From Geosiphon pyriformis uo1 (lineage: Eukaryota; Fungi; Glomeromycota), in contig JAAOMT010000040.1 in NCBI GenBank assembly GCA_016748015.1, positions 434,001-498,000 on the forward strand: a DNA stretch of 64,000 nt, read 5' to 3'. Below are positions 56,127 to 64,000 of the stretch, one piece after another. How positions within the stretch are numbered: the stretch's first letter is position 1; every line of letters begins with the position of its first letter. The notes under the pieces were generated by a model. The model ran no database searches. It was not told where the DNA came from and saw nothing but the letters and a program-made list of their open reading frames with translations. The translations under genes and the position numbers were made by a program.

Positions 56127-58160
56127 TTATTTATCGAAAGCTGCAATGTCTGAATATAAATCAAAACGCCGCTGCATGGTTATCGGTATACTTCCTCGAA
56201 TGATACCCAGCTTTTCAAGTTCTATGTAAATTTAAAGACAATTGAGGATCATAAAAATGAAAAAATATCATGTGGCCAAATTTGATTACTTACCAATATC
56301 AGCGTAAATTATAGCTTCCTCATGACCTATAGTCGCGAGAATTTCGCCGCTGTATATAATGAAAAAACAAAAGATTAATTCGATTGAAAAGAGACAAAAT
56401 AGAGAATTTATTATACATTCCTAGGATCCACAATTGAGGAATGACCATACGCGTGATATTTAGCTTCCATGTCACGTGCAGGTGAGCAAGTTGCTACAAA
56501 TATCTATAATAAGACCAATTTTAATGAATCTTTATGACTTGTGGCAGACTTCGAAGAAAAACCAAGGAATTAATAATTGCGTGAAACTTTATTACTTGAT
56601 TATCCACAGCTCTTGCTCTTTGCAGCACTATTTAACATAAGTATTAGTAGAGGTTCGGTAAAGGATTATATATACCACACTCAACTTACATTCCCAATGC
56701 AATGGTCCTGTTGTCAAATTGAAAGCCCCAGGATAAATCATAGCTATACAGCCTGTAAAAAACAAATATGAAGTATTAACTTTAAGATGAGGTGAAAAGA
56801 TCGAGATAACCCTAAGTCAAACTTGAATGCCTGATCCTTTCTTAGTCGCGGAGATAAAAATAAAGCACGCACCCTTTCTAGCAGCAATCATGGCCATTTC
56901 GGGGAACCTCATGTCATAACAAATGGCTACCCCGAATTTTCCATAGACTGAAATGATAAAGATATTGAGTAAAAATTGAAAGGAATGGAAATTAAAGACT
57001 AATCGACTTACTTGTATCAAAATGTGTCAAAGCGCTTCCAGGGCTTAAAATCTCACTCTCTTGAAACCTTATTTTACCAGGAATGTCGATATCAAATAAA
57101 TGAACCTTACGATGTTGGGCGATTAAGGTACCTTTAGGTGAAAATGAAGCAATTTAATGGTTTGTTGAATAATAATTAGTTAACTATGCATCAAAAATTT
57201 CTGATACTTACCCTCAGGATTAAATACTGTGCAGGTATTGTAAAGTTTACCGGTAGCTTCTTCGCGTTCTGGTATCGATCCTTTGAAATAGCATAATATA
57301 TTTCGAGTGCAGCTATTCTGAACATTTTCACTATTTCAATTTACTTATGTATTACTTACCTCCAATCAAATACACATTAGCTTCCTATTGTCCACAAAAT
57401 CCCAAAATGCACAAAAACAGATTAAGTAAGGATAGGAAGATACTATCTATGCATTTGAAATTGCAGGGCAGTTTAGGTTCTTGATGCGTTTGCGTGGTCA
57501 ATTTGTTTCAGATTCAAAGTGATGAAGTCTCAAATCTACCCTAATCAGTATATTGGGATTTCCCAAGGTAGCCTGAAACATCTTATCTGGTAATCATATT
57601 TCGAATCCGTTGAAACTCATCGACTCTGATTTCAGAGTGAAGCGGCGCATCAAGAAACTAAAGCAAAAAGAAAGAATATGCTTTTTGCGAGGGGCTTAAT
57701 GATTATGGTCTTGGCTCAGCCAAAACCATATAAAAATACATATGATTAAAATGTCATGGACCTTTGCAGTCTCGGATAGACTCTTTACACTCTCCCCCTT
57801 TGGAATATTTTCTGCATATTCCGAAAAATATTGAGTACCATATGGGGAGTTGAAGCATTCCTTTTAAATTAAAATAATAAAAATTCTCATCTTAATAAAA
57901 AATAACGTTTGATCATAAAAATAAATAAATAAATAGCGTCAAAATGTCAAAATCCATTTAGAAACGAAGCTTACAGGCAATACAACAACTTTAGCTCCAT
58001 GTTGTGCTGCTTCTAAAATTTTGCATTTGGCTCTTTGTAGGTTTTGGGATTTGTTGGCTGTAACAGCTAATTGTATACAAGCGATTTTAAATGAACTAAC
58101 AGACATCGTGGAAAAAGGTCGATATAATCGCGTTTTAAAAATTATCGCCCTGAAATGCAT
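56127..58160 (-). CDS. NIT2: Omega-amidase, carbon-nitrogen hydrolase family (NIT2 / yeast NIT3 type), multi-exon
   Basis: VVLP|[61 protein letters not shown]. Confidence 0.93.
57385..57761 (-). ncRNA. Candidate structured intronic RNA of unknown class in the omega-amidase gene
   Basis: At least six helices read by eye; the G-U wobbles found all pair on the sense strand; the intron is roughly 4-5 times longer than its neighbours. Confidence 0.5.
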
Positions 58161-58655
58161 TTTGATCAATAGGAATTATGTCATGCACTTTAAAAATGGC
58201 CATGCTAGATAATTTAAAAAAAATAAGACAATTTTTACTAAATTGCAAATTACAAAAATATCAATAACAATTTTTTTCAGCTTTTCTATTTAACTCAACA
58301 CATTAATATGAAAATTATTATTTGTGCTATTTTATATTAATATCTATTTTTATAAAATTTACTTTTTCTATTTTTCAAAATGTTCTTTTAACAATAGAGA
58401 TTACTAATCCATATCTAAATACTTAAAATTGAGCTGTGTTCTGATTTAATACGATTTGAATTAACTCATTTTGGGTACATTATTTTATTCTCGTTATCTA
58501 AAGTTCACCGCTTTAACCAAAAATAAGAATCTTCCATTAAATGATATAATATTTGGTCATCTTGCAGATTCTCTACATGCTTCAAATCCCAAGCATTTGT
58601 ATAAATGCGCGTAATTTTTCTTCCACTTCAATTACCAGACGAATAATTTTTTAAG

Positions 58656-60915
58656 ATGTCAAACATTGCACGTTCCCATTATTTTAACTTAGGTAGGGGT
58701 GAGAAATTATGAAGTGGTTATTTGTCCAACCACATTAATTAATTAATTAAATGTGATAATTTTAAATCTTAAAGGAACCTCAACACCGGTTTCTGAACGT
58801 GATAATTTGGGGCTTACCGGACTTCTTCCAGCAGCGGTGGAAACTTTGGAAACTCAAAAGAAACGTGCTCTCAAACAATTACATTCTAAATCAACCGACT
58901 TGGAAAAATACGTTTTCTTGGCCTGGTTAAGGAACACCAATACTAGGCTCTTTTATCGATTGCTTATCGAGGACTTAGAGGTTGGTTCAATTTTTTAGCC
59001 CACAATTTTGCACAACCAGTACTAAATATATCATTTTTTTAAATTAGGAAATTACACCATTGGTCTACACCCCGACTGTTGGTACCGCTTGCTTGGAATA
59101 CTCGCACATTTATCCATTTTTGGCACCTCCCGGCGTTCCTGATGGCCTTTATCTTTCCCTTAACGATCTACCGAACCTTACCCAAATAATTAAGAATTAT
59201 CTCGCATTTCAACCAGATCAATCTTTAACGCCTCAAATTGCAGTAATTACTGATGGCTCTCGAATCTTAGGCTTAGGGGATTTGGGAGTAAACGGAATGG
59301 GTATTCCTGTGGGAAAGCTACAATTATACGTCGCTGGAGCTGGAATTGACCCACGACGCACCCTACCAATAACCTTGGATCTTGGGACTGATAATGAGCA
59401 CAATTTGAAAGATGAATTCTACCTTGGTCTTCGCCGGAAAAGAGTATCGGATGAAGAGGTAAGAATTGTAGGTCCTGCCAAAAATCTGCGATACACTAGT
59501 TTTAAAAATATTCTTTTCCCCTTTCACAAAAATAGTTTTATGAATTCCTCGATGTCACCATTCAAACTTTGAAGAAATTATATCCAAGTCTTCTTATTCA
59601 GTTTGAGGATTTTTCATCAGAACATGTAAGCTGAACTATATTTAAATTTCATTTCAGAAACAAAATAATGTTTCAACATTAACACAGTACAAATTCTTTG
59701 CAGGCTTTTGATTTGCTAACCAAGTATCGTGATGAAGTCTTCTGCTTCAATGATGATATTCAAGGGACTGGGGCTGTTATCCTGTCGGGCTTTATTAATG
59801 CTGTACGATTAGCAGAAAAGGACATTCATCACACGGATCACCGCTTGCTTTTCTTTGGAGCAGGATCTGCTGCCGTTGGGGTCGCCAAGCAATTACTTGA
59901 ATTTTTCAAAATTGAACATGGGATGTCGGAGGAAGAGGCCAAGAAATTAGTATGGTTGGTTGACACCAAGGTAAATTTTCTTGGCCCTTAAACTTTATAC
60001 ATGCATCGTCATTAATTTTGTTCCCATTTAGGGTCTCGTTACGCATGATCGTGGGGATCACTTGGCACATCATAAAGTTTATTTTGCTCGTGATGATAAC
60101 CAAGGTCAACAATATAAAACCTTGTTGGATGCAATAGAATATGTGAAGCCGACTGCCCTTTTCGGGTTATCATCACAACGGGGTGCCTTTAACGAGGAAA
60201 TTTTGAAGAAACTTGCAAAATTAAATAAAAACCCTATCATTTTTCCGTTATCCAATCCTTCAGATAATGCGGAATGCACCTTTGAGGAGGTCATTATTTC
60301 ACACCTGATTCCGTTCATTTAATCCAAATTTCAGATGATCACAAGTTTCTTACCCATTATCGATCTTTAGGCGATGAAAGCGACAAATAATCGCGTGATA
60401 TTTGCTTCGGGCACGGCATTTCCCAGTTATACTGAGCCCGAAACTGGAATACTAAGACACCCAGGTCAAGGAAATAATATGTACATTTTGTAAGTATACC
60501 CTTCAGTTTAAACTTATTTTCTGAACCTCAACATTTCTGATGCTTTATTTCATCTAGTCCTGGACTTGGGTTGGGTGCTATTTTGGCTAAACCACCAAAA
60601 ATCACCGACCGCCAAATTTACGCTTCTTCGTCGGCACTTTCTACCGCTTTGACAGAAGAGGAAATTGAATCCAAACAATTATATCCAGACATCACTCGTA
60701 TTCGTCATGTATCGGCAGAAGTAGCCGCTGCGGTAATAGTAGAGGCTGTTGATGAAGGTCTTGCACGTGATTCCGATATCATTGCCTTGTTGAAAGGTGA
60801 TGTAGCCGAACTCAGAAAACGAAAAGGTCCCAAATGGGAAAAATTAGTAAGATTTGTAGAGGAGAATATGTGGGATCCCACTAGAGAAAAGTACTTTCAA
60901 ACAAAGAATTCGTAG
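58656..60915 (+). CDS. Malic enzyme (multi-exon)
   Basis: VYTPTVG, TDGSRILGLGDLG, GIPVGKL, IQFEDF, FNDDIQGTG, GAGSAAVG, PLSNP, GQGNN. Confidence 0.96.
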
Positions 60916-61374
60916 GCTACTTGTCTAAAAGTTCAAAGCCTTGGAATTTTGTATTTTCACACACACACCTTGAATATTTAACTCGAACTTGAGAATGATC
61001 TCATGTAAATAAAAGCGCTTAAATTGGAACAAACAAATGGAAAAACAAAATTATTCTTATATGATTGAACAAATTTTCTATCCAATTAAAGCATTCGTAC
61101 TGATCAATTAATTATGATTATAAAATCTGAAAAATCAACCAGAAATTGTTTTTTAAGAGTGGATTTCAAGCTATTGAATTCATTTGCAAAAAAAATTTCT
61201 ACATATATTGTGATGTGTTCCTCCAAAAACTTCACGGAGGGATAGTAGCCAGCAGTGAACAATGATATATATGTTTGGCTTGGGCAATTTTTTCAATTCG
61301 CTTAATTTAATAATTACAGATAGATCTTAACACACCAATAGTATTACTAGATGTTGTTAAGCAATTCCCGGATG

Positions 61375-62330
61375 AGGTTCCCCGAATGACACTTTCATCT
61401 CTGACCCTTACAGACTCGCAATCCCTAAAGTTTTACACTTCAGGCCCTCCTGATACTTTTTATGTTACCACACCAGCGCATTTATAGACCTCATTTTGGA
61501 TAACAACACAGACTCCCAACTCCTCGGCCTTAGCGATCAGACGTTGATGGAAATGATAATGTCCCCAGCAGAGCATTTTCTGAACAATCTTTCGCCTTAC
61601 GATGTGTCATGTCTACACCTCAAACGGCGGGGTGACAATTGCGTCAAACTTGCGACTAAAGAACACGATCGCCTTTCTTTGGATTTCACTCTGCAGACGC
61701 ATAATCCTTCGTGTATGTTCGAGACTACTTTGTCGAGTCGCTGGGCCCTACGTTTCTTACGCTTTGAAGTAGAGACACCCAGCTGACTTTTTTCGAAAGA
61801 CATATCCTTATTATTAAAAGTTTTAAAATTAAAAAAGGTAGTCCTAAAAATTTTCTTAAGAAACTAAAATCTTTACCTTGAGCCGATGTGCATAGGGATG
61901 CATTAAAGAAGTGTAAACATACGAGACATAAATACGATTTCATGGAGATGAAAAATTTTGAGCACAAAAAAGTCTGAAAGAAATATGATGTTGTCGCTGT
62001 GTATTATGTTTAATGATTTCGTCTGGTACTGTCAGCGTCTGAACATATCCTCATTAGTGATATTAGGAGCTGAACCTAAGCAACCTCGTAAGAACATGCC
62101 GAGACGGACGATGGCTCTAAAAAACTTTCATTCGTGCCAAAAAAGGCGTTTTTATTGAAACCTCATAGGCTTCAGCCATTTCTTTTCCATGAAATTCTGC
62201 TTCAACACAACACGACGCCTTATGTTCTATCCACTACATTAAAGACAAATTTCACTAATCCCGTCCAACGCTTCAAGAGCTGCTTCTGAGGAGATTGAGA
62301 TATACCTTGACCAACAACGTGGGATTGAGA
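61375..62330 (-). pseudogene. tnpB: Fanzor2/TnpB RNA-guided endonuclease, frameshifted and partly deleted
   Basis: N-terminal QKQLLKRWTGLVKFVFN; C-terminal RRIMRLQSEIQRKAIVFFSRKFDAIVTPPF..MLCWGHYHFHQRLIAKAEELGVCVVIQNEVY..C.WCGNI..GG..DCE..RDE. Confidence 0.88.
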
Positions 62331-62373
62331 GCGTCGTCGCTTGTTCCATGCTTGTCTTATAGCACTCTCTTCT

Positions 62374-62716
62374 TTATTTAGCTGCTCGCCGCACTTGCAT
62401 TTGCAGATAAGACAGTGTTGATGGCAAGAAATCTTGGAAAAGTTCGTGCTCGTCGGAGCTGTCATCGTCTAAGAGAACCACGAGTTTTGCAAGGTGCAGG
62501 GTGCAATGGAGGAGGTTGAAGACAGAGTGGCAGAGACGATCGCGATGGGCAACCACAACTTTTGAGAATTGCCCGTTCCAAATAGGACCTTAAATCCTGG
62601 TCGTTTGAATTTGATACCTGACCCAACATCGATGAGGTTGGAAATCGGGAAAAAGGAGCCGCTTTTGTCGACCGAGATCCTCTTTTTACTTAACGGGCGC
62701 AGAGGTAACCTTTCAT
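62374..62716 (-). pseudogene. tnpA: IS607-family serine recombinase (TnpA), frameshifted
   Basis: Across frames: KGYLCAR, KEDLGRQ, DVGSGIKFKRPGF, VVVAHRDRLC, AKLVVLLDDDSSDEHEL..D, MQVRRAAK. Confidence 0.88.
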
Positions 62717-62861
62717 GGTAGTGGTGTTATATTATTGGCTGTCATTGTCTTTTCCTTATTTAGAAACAGTATGGGACAAACAAGTATAAACATGCCAAGA
62801 GGACGCTTGCGGTTTCAAGAAGAAACGAGCGCAGCAAAATCGACGCTTGTTACTTAAATAG

Positions 62862-64000
62862 ATGGAAGGACATGCCGCAAGTATTAAGCGCAGGATAGGC
62901 TCGAGTTCAAGGCGTAACTCGAAAGTATTATCTGGTGGAGGCTCTTCCACTGTCACCGATGAATCTGTATATGCCTATGCTTTGCGTGTAGCATACCTAG
63001 CCTACTTGTCTCGACCCAAAGTCCCACCTTTGACAACAGCCACACACGATGTTCATAATAAACGTTTCAGTATGATTGGAGGTGGTGTGGGTGGCAGCAA
63101 CCCAAACAGACCTAACTCAGTATCTGACCACCTAGATAACTTAAGTTCTACTGTTTCGTCCGGGCTATCCCAGTTCCACGAACTTTTCAAGGATGATAAA
63201 AAAGGGTCCAAAAGTTTAAGAATTCCAAAAGAATTAATTAAAGCATTACAAACACGACTTGGAATGATCACTAGTGGACAAGATCCAAATCCAGTTTTCC
63301 AAGATAAATATTTGCTTAGAAATCTTGAATTATTTTATAACTTGTTACAACAATCAGCTTTTCGACAACAGTTCAAGAATGTAAATAGTAAGATAGAAGA
63401 TCTGGTGATTATCTATGTGAAAACGGCTCTGGGTGAATTAAAAAACGTCAAGTTCCCGCCACCGACTACATTGCATGACAAGCTTGACCAACATAGCAGT
63501 ATTTTCGTAGGTATCCTCAAAGAATGTTTAACATCCAAAGAGTGCGCTGGAGTCGCTTCACCAGAGATGATATCACGACTCGATTCCTATCAAGCACGGT
63601 TTTCTGGTAATAAGGGATCTTCGAATAACAGCACAAGTGCTAATGGGAGCGTCGATGAGATGAATATGGTCAAGACGGTGCAAGCTATATTTAAAGTTTC
63701 CAAAACGCAATTGCAAAAGGACATCACTGCAATTAAAAAACAATGTACAGAAGAAGTGGGTATCTTAATTTCTTTGGAATAATCATCAATATTTTTTACA
63801 TAATTTAATCTCAAACTTAAATGTTTACCTCTGAACAAGGCCGCAATTGAGGATCTAAGAACTTGCATTAATCATGTGAATCGCGGCTCACCATTTCCTG
63901 CACCTAGGGAAGATTTTGAATCGGAAGAAGCGTATAATAATTGGAAAGCGATAGAGTTGAAGACGCTTACTGATATTTTGACAACTATGGTTCGATTGAA
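62862..64000 (+). CDS. Fungal MUN/C2-domain protein (Git1/YOR296W-like), 5' part
   Basis: YAYALRVAYLAYL N-terminal motif and IEDLVIIY; intron about 63756-63838, frame continues to the window end. Confidence 0.65.

Larger units (their letters stand above)
61320..62750 (-). mobile_element. Decayed IS607-type element (TnpA serine recombinase plus Fanzor2/TnpB)
   Basis: See the two component pseudogenes; element ends are approximate. Confidence 0.85.

Noticed and set aside
57519-57630. Plus-strand box C (GTGATGA) and box D (CTGA), or a telomerase-like CCCTAA template, in the structured intron
   Set aside because: Antisense to the host gene and to the G-U evidence; no rRNA guide recognised and the template is shorter than 1.5 repeats

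Overview
AT-rich, intron-containing fungal genomic DNA. It is most likely a glomeromycete; the repeat families resemble those of Geosiphon pyriformis, which is an inference. Host genes: a class I cAMP phosphodiesterase (runs off the left edge), an S1/P1 nuclease, ATG12, XRCC4, an omega-amidase (NIT2/NIT3 type), a malic enzyme and a Git1/YOR296W-like MUN/C2 protein (runs off the right edge). About 20.4-54.9 kb is a nest of decayed retroelements. It holds an RNase H-bearing LINE, three Gypsy families, a solo LTR, and two ORF1-only LINE-like elements that share the LINE 3' UTR. Two of the Gypsy families visibly carry a dUTPase, Cys-rich inserts and a homologous extra ORF downstream of integrase. 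Not visible in the ORF track: (i) a frameshifted IS607-type element (TnpA serine recombinase plus Fanzor2/TnpB RNA-guided nuclease, with a candidate omega-RNA hairpin) at about 61.3-62.75 kb; (ii) a 377-nt, heavily base-paired intron and a GA-AG intron in the omega-amidase gene; (iii) a Nextera adapter artefact at 3024-3042.
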